A stretch of DNA of 64,000 nucleotides from Alphaproteobacteria bacterium (GTDB lineage Bacteria > Pseudomonadota > Alphaproteobacteria > MPNO01): NCBI GenBank assembly GCA_965248835.1, contig CBDFLJ010000002.1, forward strand, positions 544,001 to 608,000, in the 5' to 3' direction. Shown piece by piece: positions 38,622-49,829 of the stretch. Position 1 is the stretch's first letter; each line of letters opens with the position of its first letter. Made by a program: the position numbers and the translations under genes. The notes below the pieces were generated by a model. That model saw only the letters and a list, made by a program, of their open reading frames with translations, was not told the origin of the DNA and made no database searches.

Positions 38622-41275
38622 TGGAAACGCTGTTCCTGGTGATCCTGATTCTGACGATGGCGTGTGCGCTCGCCTCGGGCTATCCGGTGGCCTTCGCGCT
38701 GCCCGGTTCGGCGATCCTGACCATCGGGCTGGCCACGCTCAGCGGCTATCTGATCGAGGCCGATTCGGGTGCTTATTTCAGCCATGGCGGTCCGGTGCAG
38801 TGGCTGAATGCGGGCGTGACCAACTTCCGCGGCATCTATTGGGAGGTCGAGCGCGACACGCTGATTGCGATCCCGCTGTTCGTGTTCATGGGGATCATGC
38901 TCGAGCGCTCCAAGGTCGCCGAGGACCTGCTGGTGACCATGGCCCAACTCTTCGGCCCGATCCCCGGCGGTCTCGGGATCGCGGTGGTCTTTGTCGGCGC
39001 CCTCCTGGCCGCGACCACCGGGATCGTCGGCGCCACCGTGATCGCCATGGGTCTGATCTCGCTGCCGGTGATGCTGCGCAACAACTACTCGCGGTCGCTG
39101 GCCACCGGGACGATCGCCGCGTCGGGGACGCTGGGCCAGATCATTCCACCCTCGATCGTGCTGATCATCCTCGCCGACCAGCTTTCCAACGCCACCGATC
39201 AGGCCAGCACCCTGCGCAAGGCCGAATACAAGGAGGCCACCGGCCAGCTCACGCTGCCGACCGAGTTCGACCTGACCTCGACCAGCGCCGGCGACATGTT
39301 CCTCGGCGCGTTGCTGCCCGGCGCGGTTCTGGTCGGGCTCTACATGGCCTATATCCTGATCGTGTCGATGATCCGGCCGCGCATGGCCCCGCCGGTGCCG
39401 TTCGCCGGCAATCGCGATTTCCGGTTCCTCGGCAAGGTTGCGCTGGCGCTGTTCCCACCCCTGGCGCTGATCTTCCTCGTCCTGGGCTCGATCATCATGG
39501 GCGTGGCGACGGTCAACCAGGCCGGCGCCATCGGCGCCGTCGGGGCACTGGTCATGGCCGGCTACCGGCTGAAGGAAGGCAGTCGCAGCGCCTTCGTGCC
39601 CGCGGCGCTCGCGGTCGGCGCAACCACGGCGCTGATGGTTCTGGTCAGCGTGCATGACATCAACGTCAAGAACATCAGGGATGAACAGGACGGGCTCGTG
39701 GTGGCGCTGGCCGGCATCGCGGCGCTGGTGCTGCTCTACGCGATCGGGTGGAGCGCCTGGCGCGCGCACAAGATCGCCCGGACGCTGGAAGGCGTGATGA
39801 TCGAGACCGCCAAGACGACATCGCTGGTCTTCATCATCCTGCTCGGTGCGGCGATGTTGACGGCGGCGTTCCGCGCCTTCGGCGGCGAGGAGCTGGTGCG
39901 CGACTTCCTGACCGGGCTGCCCGGCGGGTTCATCGCCAAGTTCGTCGTGGTGATGGCGGTGATCTTCATCCTGGGTTTCTTCCTCGACTTCATCGAGATC
40001 GCGGTCGTCGTGGTGCCCATCGTCGCGCCGATCCTGCTCGCCGATACCACCGCCAACGTGAGCGCGGTGTGGCTGGGGGTCATGATCGGGGTCAACATGC
40101 AGACCTCGTTCCTGACGCCGCCCTTCGGGTTCGCGCTGTTCTACTTGCGCGGCGTCGCCCCGCCCGATGTCAAGACGACGCAGATGTATCTGGGTGTGGT
40201 CCCGTTCATCACCCTTCAGCTCCTCGCGCTCGGCATCGTCGGCGCCTTCCCCAGCCTGGTGAACTATCTGCCCAACCGGGTGTACCTGACCTCGGAGACC
40301 GCTCCGCCGCCCAAGAGCCCACGGCTCCAGGCCTGTCTGGAGGCGTATTTGTTCCCCGCGTACGACCGCGAGGGCACGCGCCTGCGCGCTGCGATCGCCG
40401 AGGTCAAGGCGCTCGATCTGAACGCTCTGCCCGATCGGCACCGCCGCGCGCTTGGCGAGAGCCTTCAGGCGGCCGAGGCGACGTTCGGCCTGGTCGAAAA
40501 GGTCCGGGCTGCCGAAGCGGCGCGAGTCGCGGCCCTGCCGGGCTACCGACCGCTGCAACGCCAAATGCGGGCTCTGCGCGTCGAGAGGCACGGGCTCGCC
40601 TCGGACATCGAGCGGCTGAAGACCGATCTTCGCCGGCTGCCTGAGGATGCGCTATCCGTGCGCACGACTCTGGCCGCACGGATCGACGGGCTCGAGCGGG
40701 ATATCAAAAGCGTGGACGCGCGGATGCCGAGCAACGCGGCGGCCGAACGGAAACGCTACAGGGCGCTGGTGGCCGCCGAGCGCCGTGCGCGTCTCGCCTA
40801 CCGGCGCAACGTCGATGATGCCTATCAGGGCGTGGTCGCGCTGCGTGCGATGGTCGCGGACGCGGACGCGCTGGCCGGGCTCGGGGGAACCCTGCACGGA
40901 CTGCGCTCGGCGGTCGCATCTGCACAGCCCAAGGAAGCGGTCGCCCAACTCCGCGCCGCGCAGACCGCGGTCGGCAAGATCGCCGGCGCCGGTCACATCC
41001 GCAGCAAGATCTCGCGGGCCGGCCGGGCGTTGCGCCGGGGCACGCCGGATCGGGCCAAGGCCGCCCGCGAGCTCGATCAGGCCCTCACGCGCTACGCCGC
41101 GGAGACGGACTGGCGCAACCGCGCCAGGGCGGCGCTTGCGCCGGGGCTGACCGCCTTCGATGCCGCTATTGCCGGAACCATCGGGCTGCGCCACCAGGAG
41201 CGGTTGACCGGCGCGCAGGCCAGAGAGATCGCGAGCTGCCAGGCGCATCACCGCGATATCTCGTTGAGTTTTTAA
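38621..41275 (+). CDS. TRAP large permease (DctM) with long C-terminal extension
   Basis: 'AIPLFVFMG', 'SGTLGQIIPPS', 'GFFLDFIEI', 'QTSFLTPPFGFALFYL'; about 330 extra hydrophilic residues. Confidence 0.9.
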   Translation: METLFLVILILTMACALASGYPVAFALPGSAILTIGLATLSGYLIEADSGAYFSHGGPVQWLNAGVTNFRGIYWEVERDTLIAIPLFVFMGIMLERSKVAEDLLVTMAQLFGPIPGGLGIAVVFVGALLAATTGIVGATVIAMGLISLPVMLRNNYSRSLATGTIAASGTLGQIIPPSIVLIILADQLSNATDQASTLRKAEYKEATGQLTLPTEFDLTSTSAGDMFLGALLPGAVLVGLYMAYILIVSMIRPRMAPPVPFAGNRDFRFLGKVALALFPPLALIFLVLGSIIMGVATVNQAGAIGAVGALVMAGYRLKEGSRSAFVPAALAVGATTALMVLVSVHDINVKNIRDEQDGLVVALAGIAALVLLYAIGWSAWRAHKIARTLEGVMIETAKTTSLVFIILLGAAMLTAAFRAFGGEELVRDFLTGLPGGFIAKFVVVMAVIFILGFFLDFIEIAVVVVPIVAPILLADTTANVSAVWLGVMIGVNMQTSFLTPPFGFALFYLRGVAPPDVKTTQMYLGVVPFITLQLLALGIVGAFPSLVNYLPNRVYLTSETAPPPKSPRLQACLEAYLFPAYDREGTRLRAAIAEVKALDLNALPDRHRRALGESLQAAEATFGLVEKVRAAEAARVAALPGYRPLQRQMRALRVERHGLASDIERLKTDLRRLPEDALSVRTTLAARIDGLERDIKSVDARMPSNAAAERKRYRALVAAERRARLAYRRNVDDAYQGVVALRAMVADADALAGLGGTLHGLRSAVASAQPKEAVAQLRAAQTAVGKIAGAGHIRSKISRAGRALRRGTPDRAKAARELDQALTRYAAETDWRNRARAALAPGLTAFDAAIAGTIGLRHQERLTGAQAREIASCQAHHRDISLSF

Positions 41276-42012
41276 GCGCCTTCGCCGTCCGCACCCTGAT
41301 AGACGACCCAGCCGTTCGGTCCGAGGATCTCGACCGGGCGAAAGCGAACCTTGTAGGACATCTTGGCGCTCTCGGCGATCCAGTAGCCGAGATAGACATG
41401 GCCGAGACCGCGGGCCCGCGCGTTTTCGACCAGCCAAAGCACCAGGTATGTGCCGAGGCTGCGGCGCGCAAGCTCCGGCGCGAAGAAGCTGTAGACCGCC
41501 GACAGCGAGTCTGCCAGCCGGTCGGCCAGCATCGCGCCGACGAGCGCGCCGTCGCTCTGGCGGAACTCGATGAGCCTGGTGTCGACCGGGGTGTCCTCGA
41601 CCATCGAGCGGTAGTCGTTGAACGACATCGAGGACATGTCGCCGCCGCCGTGGCGCGAGCGCTGATAGCGGGCGAACAGGCGATACTGCTCCATGGTCGC
41701 CACCGCGCCCAGATCCTCGGCCGCGAGATCGGCGTTCAGCCGCAGGACGCGGCGGATCGACCGGGTCGTCTCGAAACCCCGCACGCGGATCCGGATCGGC
41801 ACGCAGGAAGAGCACCCTGGGCAGGCCGGCCGATAGGCGAGTCCATGGCTGCGCCGGAAGCCCGCACGCGACATCCGCTCGTAAAGATCGGCTGCCTGGG
41901 GCCCGCCAAGCTCGGTAACCACCTTGCGCTCCTGCCGGCCCTGAACGTACGGGCAGGGCAGCACGCGCGTGCCGAAGAAGAACCGGTCGGGGCGGCTCAG
42001 CGGTTGGTTCAT
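41272..42012 (-). CDS. bpt: Bpt/Ate-like aminoacyl-tRNA-protein transferase
   Basis: 'PCPY', 'GFRRS...YRPAC..CSSC', 'RHGGGDM', 'LSAVYSFF', 'SLGTY', 'YLGYWI..S.KM.YK'. Confidence 0.9.
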   Translation of the reverse strand: MNQPLSRPDRFFFGTRVLPCPYVQGRQERKVVTELGGPQAADLYERMSRAGFRRSHGLAYRPACPGCSSCVPIRIRVRGFETTRSIRRVLRLNADLAAEDLGAVATMEQYRLFARYQRSRHGGGDMSSMSFNDYRSMVEDTPVDTRLIEFRQSDGALVGAMLADRLADSLSAVYSFFAPELARRSLGTYLVLWLVENARARGLGHVYLGYWIAESAKMSYKVRFRPVEILGPNGWVVYQGADGEGA

Positions 42013-42140
42013 CGCTTGGGGCGAACCGTCACGAATCGGTCGGCTCCTCCTGTCGGTCCCGGTAATTGCGGCTGATAATAGCGGCTGAACGGAATCCACA
42101 AAACCCGGCGGCCGCGCCGGGCAGGGAGGACAGCGGGTCG

Positions 42141-44015
42141 ATGTCGTTTCTCGAGCAATCGGTGTTGTTCCTGGCCGCCGCCGTGATCGCGGTGCCGGTC
42201 ACCAGGCGTCTCGGGCTGGGCGCGGTGTTGGGCTACCTGGCCGGCGGAATCGTGATCGGGCCGTGGGGCTTGGCGCTGGTCGGCGAGGTGGAGACGGTCT
42301 TCCATATCGCCGAGATCGGCGTGGTCCTGCTGCTGTTCATCATCGGACTGGAGGTCGAGCCGACGCGGCTGTGGACCATGCGGCGCTATGTCTTCGGCCT
42401 GGGCGCCGCCCAGGTGCTGCTCAGCGCCGCGGCGCTGGGACTGCTGGCGGCGCTGGCCGGCTTAGGGACCGCCGCCGCCGTGGTCGCGGGGTTCGCGCTG
42501 GCGCTGTCCTCGACCGCTTTTGCCCTGCAGCTCCTGGCCGAGAAGAAGGCGCTGACCTCGCGGCACGGGCGCGCCGCGTTCTCGGTCCTGTTGTTTCAGG
42601 ACCTTGCCGTCGTGCCGCTGCTGGCGCTGGTGCCGCTGCTGGGCGCCGGCGTCGGTGCGGGCGGCGATCCGCTATGGGCGGTGGTCGAAGCGCTGGGCGT
42701 GATCGTGCTGGTTGTCCTCATCGGCCGCTACCTGATCCGCTATGCACTGAGGATGATCGCCGCGACCGGGATCGATGAGATCTTCACCGCTGCCGCGCTG
42801 CTGACGGTGGTCGGCACCGCCCTGGTGATGGAAGCCGTCGGGTTGTCGATGGCGCTCGGCGCCTTCATCGCCGGCATGCTGCTCGCGGATTCGGACTACC
42901 GCCATGCGCTGGAGGCCGACATCGGCCCCTTCAAGGGGCTGTTGCTCGGACTGTTCTTCATCGCCGTCGGGATGAGTGTCAATGTCGGCCTGATCCTGGA
43001 GCGGCCGGTTCTGGTGCTCGCCCTGGCGGTCGGTCTGGTCGCGGTCAAGGCGGCGGTTCTGTGGCCGCTGGCCAGGCTGTTCGGCCTGGACGGCGCGCCG
43101 GCACGGCGCCTGGCGGGTACGATCTCCCAGGGCGGCGAGTTCGCCTTCGTGCTGTTCGCGCTGGCGGTGGGTGCCGGTGTCATGGAGCGGTCTCAAGTCG
43201 ATCTGCTGATCGCCGTGGTGATCGTTTCGATGGCGTTGACACCGCTCCTCCTCGAAGCAGACGAGCGGCTGATCGGCCGCCTGGGCAGCGCGCCCGCACC
43301 GGCGCCGGCCGAGCCGATCGGACAGGCGCAGACCGTGATCATCGCAGGCTTCGGCCGAGTCGGGCAGATCGTCGCTCGCACGCTGCGCGCCCGCGGCATC
43401 GCGTTCACCGCCCTGGAGATCCGTCCGGAACAGGTTGACTTCGTGCGCCGCTACGGCAACCGCATCTACTACGGCGACGCCGCGCGGCTGGAAATGCTGC
43501 GCGCGGCCAATGCCCGCAGCGCGCGCGCCATCGTGGTCGCAGTCGACGATCCGGAAGCCGCATTGCGCATCGTGCGCATCGCGAAGGTCCATTTCCCGGA
43601 AGTCGCGGTTTTCGCGCGGGCGCACGATCGCCAGCACGCCTATCGCCTGATGGACCTCGGCGCCGATGGCGTGGTGCGCGAGACCTTCCATTCGAGCCTG
43701 GTGCTCGCACGTCAGTTGCTGGCCGCACTCGGGCTGAGCGACTGGCAGAGCGAGCGCACGGTCGAAGCCTTCCGGGCGCACGACGAACGCGTGCTGGCCG
43801 AGCAGTTCGCGGTCCGCGACGATGAGCAGAAGATGATCCTGCTGACCCGGCGGGCGGCAGAGGAGCTCGAGGCGCTGTTCGGTCGCGACGCCGGACCGGA
43901 GGCCGCACCCGACGGCGGAACCCGTGCCGGTCCGCCGCCGTCGCACCGGTCGGCCGCCGGGCACGCAGACGAAAACCGCGGCGCTGCCGATGATCAGGAC
44001 CGCGGCGTTTCGTGA
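42141..44015 (+). CDS. CPA2 K+/H+ antiporter (KefB/KefC-like)
   Basis: 'LGAVLGYL.GG..IGP', 'LLFQDLA', 'PFKGLLLGLFF', 'QGGEFAFV', KTN 'IIAGFGRVGQ'. Confidence 0.92.
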   Translation: MSFLEQSVLFLAAAVIAVPVTRRLGLGAVLGYLAGGIVIGPWGLALVGEVETVFHIAEIGVVLLLFIIGLEVEPTRLWTMRRYVFGLGAAQVLLSAAALGLLAALAGLGTAAAVVAGFALALSSTAFALQLLAEKKALTSRHGRAAFSVLLFQDLAVVPLLALVPLLGAGVGAGGDPLWAVVEALGVIVLVVLIGRYLIRYALRMIAATGIDEIFTAAALLTVVGTALVMEAVGLSMALGAFIAGMLLADSDYRHALEADIGPFKGLLLGLFFIAVGMSVNVGLILERPVLVLALAVGLVAVKAAVLWPLARLFGLDGAPARRLAGTISQGGEFAFVLFALAVGAGVMERSQVDLLIAVVIVSMALTPLLLEADERLIGRLGSAPAPAPAEPIGQAQTVIIAGFGRVGQIVARTLRARGIAFTALEIRPEQVDFVRRYGNRIYYGDAARLEMLRAANARSARAIVVAVDDPEAALRIVRIAKVHFPEVAVFARAHDRQHAYRLMDLGADGVVRETFHSSLVLARQLLAALGLSDWQSERTVEAFRAHDERVLAEQFAVRDDEQKMILLTRRAAEELEALFGRDAGPEAAPDGGTRAGPPPSHRSAAGHADENRGAADDQDRGVS

Positions 44016-44095
44016 GGCCGGCAGAGGGCTCACGGCAGCCGAGACGATCCGATACAATGGCACGCAACCGATCCGAGCACCGACAAGAGGCGCAG

Positions 44096-44518
44096 ATGGC
44101 TGAAAATGTGGTAACGGCGGACAAGCTGGAAGCCCGGCTGACCGCCAATCCGTTCAACGCCTGGATGGGTCTGCACCTGATCGCGCTCGACGAGGACGGG
44201 CTGAGGCTCGGCTTGAGATGGCGCGAGGAAATGATCTCCAACCCCGGCGCGCGGGTGACCCATGGCGGCATCCTGGGCGCGCTGATCGACGTCGCGGCGG
44301 ACTTCGCGATCGCCGCCAAGATCGGCACACCGGTCCCGACCGTCGACATGCGGGTCGATTTTCACCGCGCAGCCCGGCCCGGCGACCTGACTGCCAATGC
44401 CCGGGTTGTCCGCATCGGCGGCACGAACTCGGTCGCGGAGGCCGAGGTGCATGACGGCGAGGGCAACCTGATCGCCAGCGGCCGCGGGGTCTATTTTACC
44501 GCCGCCGCGAAATCGTAG
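44096..44518 (+). CDS. PaaI family thioesterase
   Basis: 'THGGILGALID', 'PTVDMRVDFHR'. Confidence 0.9.
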   Translation: MAENVVTADKLEARLTANPFNAWMGLHLIALDEDGLRLGLRWREEMISNPGARVTHGGILGALIDVAADFAIAAKIGTPVPTVDMRVDFHRAARPGDLTANARVVRIGGTNSVAEAEVHDGEGNLIASGRGVYFTAAAKS

Positions 44519-44628
44519 ACGGCGCTGCATGCTTTCGAGCGCTGGAACGGTGGGATAGACTGTTGCCCTGGCGTTCGGCGACCGACCGTACGGAACGGGG
44601 TGGAGCGGGGTAAGAGGACGGATCCCAA

Positions 44629-45111
44629 ATGGCAATCGACACCAGGGCGCTACGCGATGCGTTCGGCTGCTTCGCGACTGGTATCACGATCGTCACGACG
44701 GTGGACGGCGACGGGGCGTTCTACGGCGTGACCGCGAACTCGTTCACCTCGCTGTCGCTCGACCCGCCGCTGTGTCTGTTCTGCCTCGACTACAAGGCGA
44801 TGAGCTTCGAGGCCTTCCGGCAGACCAAGCATTTCGCGGTCAACGTCCTGGCGGAGCACCAGGAGGATCTGTCGTCCAGCTTTGCCCGGTCGAACACCGA
44901 CAAGTGGAAAGGCGTCGATTTCGAGACCTGGGCGACGGGCACCCCGATCCTGTCCGGCTGCATCGCCAACCTCGAATGCGATCTGGAGGCGATCTACGAA
45001 GGCGGCGATCACGTGATCGTGGTCGGCCGGGTCACCGAAATGGCCTATCAGGACGGCGAATGCCGGCCGTTGCTGTACTACAAGGGCCGCTACAACGCCT
45101 TGTCCGTCTGA
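44629..45111 (+). CDS. Flavin reductase (HpaC/DIM6-NTAB family)
   Basis: 'LRDAFGCFATGITIVT', 'TANSFTSLSLDPP', 'GGDHVI', 'PLLYYKG'. Confidence 0.93.
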   Translation: MAIDTRALRDAFGCFATGITIVTTVDGDGAFYGVTANSFTSLSLDPPLCLFCLDYKAMSFEAFRQTKHFAVNVLAEHQEDLSSSFARSNTDKWKGVDFETWATGTPILSGCIANLECDLEAIYEGGDHVIVVGRVTEMAYQDGECRPLLYYKGRYNALSV

Positions 45112-45186
45112 CCGGCGGTCGGCCAAGCGCATCCACCCGATAACCGTCCGCGCGCAGCGCGGCGCGCACGTCTTCGATCCCCACCC

Positions 45187-47589
45187 TCATCGCGCCACCG
45201 GGACCAGCCGCAGCAGGCCGAACGCATCCTGCGTCTTCCGGCCGTCCAGTTGCGGCATCCTCACATACCGCCCTGCCGCCCATAGCGGGGTCAGATCCCG
45301 GTAATTCCTCGACAACGGATTGCCCGATTGGCCGGTCGCGATCACGAACAGCGAGCGGTCTAGATCGCTCAGATCATAGACCGCGCGCAGGCCCGGGCCG
45401 TGCACGCTCGCATAGGGCGCGCGCTGGTTGGAGATCCGGTTCTGCGCGCGGTTGACGGTGAAAGCCCCGCCGTCGGCCGCGATATCGATATCGCCGATCC
45501 GTTTGAGGAGCGGAATCCAGCCCAGCATCGGGTGACGAAAATGGGCGTAGTGCGCATCGCCCCAGCGCCAGGCCGCGATGTCCTCGCCATGGGCCTCGGA
45601 AAGCTCGGCGAGCGCGATGTCCAGGGAAGCGGCGAGCCTGTCCGGGCAGGATTCGCGCCGCGCGGTGCCGACGTCGTCGCACCAGGTCCCCTGGCCGCGC
45701 AGCACGTTGCGCACGAAGACCGGGCGCAGCCGCCAGGCTTGTGGAAACAGCGGTCCCAGCTCATCGGCGTAAAGCAGTCGGTTGAACGCCTTCAGCCAGG
45801 CGGTGAAGATCAGCGGCTCGGGCCGGTCCGCCGCCATGCGCCCGTCCCATCGGCGCAGCAGGTCGCGTGCGCGGGCGGCGCGCGCGCCGCCCGGCGCGAT
45901 CGCCGCCATCAGCGGCACGAGCTCGCGCGCGGCGAGCGAGAGAGCATCGGACTGCATCCCGCCGGCCTTTTCCGCCGTCGCCGATCGGCCCTGGTCGAGC
46001 ATCGCGTGGATGCGCTGCGCGCGGTATGGCGGCGTGTCCCCGGAGCCTAGGTGATAAGGGTAGTCCGGACCGACGATCGGGTGGTTCGCGTTGACGATCC
46101 GGCCGCTCGCCGGGTTGAACGATCGGGGCAGCGCCTCGAACGGGATCAGCCCGTCCCAGTCATGGCTTCCCGTCCATCCCGGCGCCGGCGCGTTGCCGTC
46201 GCCGGCGCGCCGGATCGGCACCCGGCCCGGAGCGATAAAGCCGATATTTCCGTCGATGTCGGCATAGGAGACGTTCTGTTGCGGGGCGTGAAAATGCGCC
46301 ATCGCCGCGATGAAGCCGTCCCATGATCTGGCCCGGTTGAGACGCCAGATGGCTTCGGCCGTGCGGTCGTCCGGGCGCAGTGCGGTCGCGGCCAGCGCGA
46401 CCACGTGATCCGTCCCGTCCCGGCGCATTGCCTCCGAATCGAGGTCGGAGACCACCGGTCCGTGACGGGTTGCCCGGATGGTGACGGTGATCGGCTGTTC
46501 GCCGCGAACCCCGATCGTCTCGGTGCGGATTGCGAACGGCCTGGGTCCGTCGGGGGTCAGATAGCGCCCGGCATCGGTCGGGTCGAGCTTTTCGAGGAAC
46601 AGGTCCTGGGTGTCGCTGTCGGTCGTGGTAAACCCCCAGGCGATGGTGCCGTTATGGCCGAGGATGGTCAGCGGCACCCCGGGCGCGGTCGCACCGGCAA
46701 GCGACAAGGTCGGGGTCTCGATCCGCGCGAGGTACCACAGCACCGGCGCGCGGAACCCGAGATGGGGGTCGTTGGCAAGGATCGGCCGTCCGGTCTCGGT
46801 CCGGCTGCCGGCCACCACCCAGGAATTCGACGCGGTGACCGGGGCCAGCGCGTCGGGCCAGGAGCGCATGAGCCCGGCAAAAAGCGTCCGGATCTTGTCC
46901 GGTTCCGCCGTGCCCAGGCTCGGGGCCATCTCGCGGGTCATGTCGGGCCACAAGGCATCGATCTGGTCGGGCCTCAGCCGTTCGGCCAGACGCGCGCGCA
47001 GCGCCTCGCTCCGGAGATTGCCCGACAGCCGCATCGCCATGATGCGTGCCCAGACCAGCGAGTCGGCCGGCCGCCAGGGCTCGGGACGGCCGGATATCGC
47101 GACCAGTTCCGGCGCCAGCACGCCCGGGTGGGTCTGGATGTAGGCGTTGACCCCCCTGGCGTAGGCCTCGAACGCCGACCGCGGTCCCGGCCCGAGATGC
47201 TCGAAGGCGGCCTGGGCAAGCCGGTGGAGTCCGAAGACCCGCATCCGCCGGTCGAGCGCAAGCGTCGGCTTGCCGACCAGCTCCGAGAGCCTGCCGGCGC
47301 CCAGCCGGCGCATGAACTCCATCTGGAACAGCCGATCCTGGGCATGGACGAAGCCGAGCGCGAAATAGGCATCCTGGTCGGTCTCGGCACGGATGTGGGG
47401 AATGCCATGGCGGTCGCGCAGGATCTCGACCGGCGCGGCGATGCCGGCCAGCCGGAGCGTCCCGGACGTTTGCGGCAGCGAGCTGCGCAGCCAGAGATAG
47501 CCGCCCGCCGCGGCCAGAACGACGGCCGCAAGCAGGCCGAGCAGGCCTCGCCCCAGCCATCGCCAGCGGTTGCGCCGGTGCCGGCTCAA
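45187..47589 (-). CDS. Penicillin acylase family (Ntn) amidase, membrane anchored
   Basis: 'RDRHGIPHI', 'GFVHAQDRLFQM', beta-subunit nucleophile 'SNSWVV...LANDPHL', 'GQSGNP'. Confidence 0.93.
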   Translation of the reverse strand: MSRHRRNRWRWLGRGLLGLLAAVVLAAAGGYLWLRSSLPQTSGTLRLAGIAAPVEILRDRHGIPHIRAETDQDAYFALGFVHAQDRLFQMEFMRRLGAGRLSELVGKPTLALDRRMRVFGLHRLAQAAFEHLGPGPRSAFEAYARGVNAYIQTHPGVLAPELVAISGRPEPWRPADSLVWARIMAMRLSGNLRSEALRARLAERLRPDQIDALWPDMTREMAPSLGTAEPDKIRTLFAGLMRSWPDALAPVTASNSWVVAGSRTETGRPILANDPHLGFRAPVLWYLARIETPTLSLAGATAPGVPLTILGHNGTIAWGFTTTDSDTQDLFLEKLDPTDAGRYLTPDGPRPFAIRTETIGVRGEQPITVTIRATRHGPVVSDLDSEAMRRDGTDHVVALAATALRPDDRTAEAIWRLNRARSWDGFIAAMAHFHAPQQNVSYADIDGNIGFIAPGRVPIRRAGDGNAPAPGWTGSHDWDGLIPFEALPRSFNPASGRIVNANHPIVGPDYPYHLGSGDTPPYRAQRIHAMLDQGRSATAEKAGGMQSDALSLAARELVPLMAAIAPGGARAARARDLLRRWDGRMAADRPEPLIFTAWLKAFNRLLYADELGPLFPQAWRLRPVFVRNVLRGQGTWCDDVGTARRESCPDRLAASLDIALAELSEAHGEDIAAWRWGDAHYAHFRHPMLGWIPLLKRIGDIDIAADGGAFTVNRAQNRISNQRAPYASVHGPGLRAVYDLSDLDRSLFVIATGQSGNPLSRNYRDLTPLWAAGRYVRMPQLDGRKTQDAFGLLRLVPVAR

Positions 47590-47635
47590 CCCGACCTCCG
47601 CTGTGTCCTGGCGGTGCTGACGGCCGAGACCGCGC

Positions 47636-48676
<1,041 letters not shown>

Positions 48677-48788
48677 TCAACGCGCATCTTGTATCGGTTC
48701 GCCCCAGGCACCGCAACCGCGCCCGCGACCAAGAGTTCAAAGGAAAACGGCATGGCTTTGCCAGACAAGCACGCCAAGCGGTCCAGGC

Positions 48789-49667
48789 TCAATTGAGCGA
48801 CAGGTCCTTGGCGTCGGCGCGCTCGGCCATGATCTGGCGCAGCTTGGTCAGCGCCTTGGCCTCGATCTGGCGGATCCGCTCCTTGGTGACGCCGAAGCTC
48901 TCGCCGATCTCGGCGAGCGTGTTCTTGTTCTCTTCAAGGAAGCGCCGCGTGATCACCTGCTGCTCGCGCGGGCTCAGCACCCCGATCGCATCGCGCAGCC
49001 AGGCATTGCGCACCGCGAAATCGTGGTCTTCCTGGACGATCTCCTCGGGCGAGGGGCCGGTATCGGCCAGGAAATCCTGCGCCTCGTCGCCGTCATCGCC
49101 CAGGACGCTTGCGTTGAGCGACCGGTCGGGATGCGAAAGATGGGCTTCCATCCGCTCGACCGCGGCGATCGGCACGCCGAGCTCGGTTGCAATCAGTCGG
49201 CGATCGTCGTCGCTCATCGAAACGCTGGCGTTGTCGGTCAGCTGCGCGCGCAGCCGGCGCAGGTTGAAGAACAGGCTCTTTTGCGCCGGCGTCGTGCCGA
49301 TGCGCACGATCGAGGCGTTGCGCACGATGTATTCCTGGATCGCGGCCAGGATCCACCATGTCGCGTAGGTCGAATACCGGACCTGGCGGGTGACATCGAA
49401 ACGGTTCGCCGCCTCCAGAAGGCCGATATTGCCCTCCTGGATCAGGTCGCCGATCGGCAGGCCGTAGCCGCGAAATTTGGAGGCGATGCGCACGACCAGG
49501 CGGATATGGCTGGTGACCAGCTCGTCCAACGCCTGCTGGTCGCCTTTCTCGCGCCAGCGCCGGGCGAGATTGGCCTCGTATCCGCGCTCCAGGATCGGCG
49601 CGTCCATGACGGTGGAGATGTAACGCCGGTCCGCGGGGTCGGGATAGTTGCCGCTGCCGTGTGCCAT
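48789..49667 (-). CDS. rpoH: RNA polymerase sigma-32 family factor (RpoH2-like)
   Basis: 'DLIQEGNIGL', RpoH box 'TTPAQKSLFFNLRR', 'GVTKERIRQIE'. Confidence 0.92.
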   Translation of the reverse strand: MAHGSGNYPDPADRRYISTVMDAPILERGYEANLARRWREKGDQQALDELVTSHIRLVVRIASKFRGYGLPIGDLIQEGNIGLLEAANRFDVTRQVRYSTYATWWILAAIQEYIVRNASIVRIGTTPAQKSLFFNLRRLRAQLTDNASVSMSDDDRRLIATELGVPIAAVERMEAHLSHPDRSLNASVLGDDGDEAQDFLADTGPSPEEIVQEDHDFAVRNAWLRDAIGVLSPREQQVITRRFLEENKNTLAEIGESFGVTKERIRQIEAKALTKLRQIMAERADAKDLSLN

Positions 49668-49686
49668 GACTCGGATCCAATTGCTA

Positions 49687-49761
49687 TCGAGTCGCTATTA
49701 TATGGCTGGCAACCAGACGCAGCAACAACAATATCGACTCGAAACTAATTCCTCGATTCGG
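49687..49761. promoter_or_regulatory. Repeated TCGA-N-TCG(A) boxes in the divergent rpoH/marR intergenic region
   Basis: TCGAGTCGC (49687), TCGACTCGA (49734), TCGATTCGG (49753); 49687-49699 and 49730-49742 form a 12/13 inverted repeat. Confidence 0.45.
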
Positions 49762-49829
49762 CCCGTCCGGCGCATTTTTTTGCCCGTCGGGGTGGTCGGC
49801 GGATCGTTTGGGTTCTAAGTAACGCGTTC

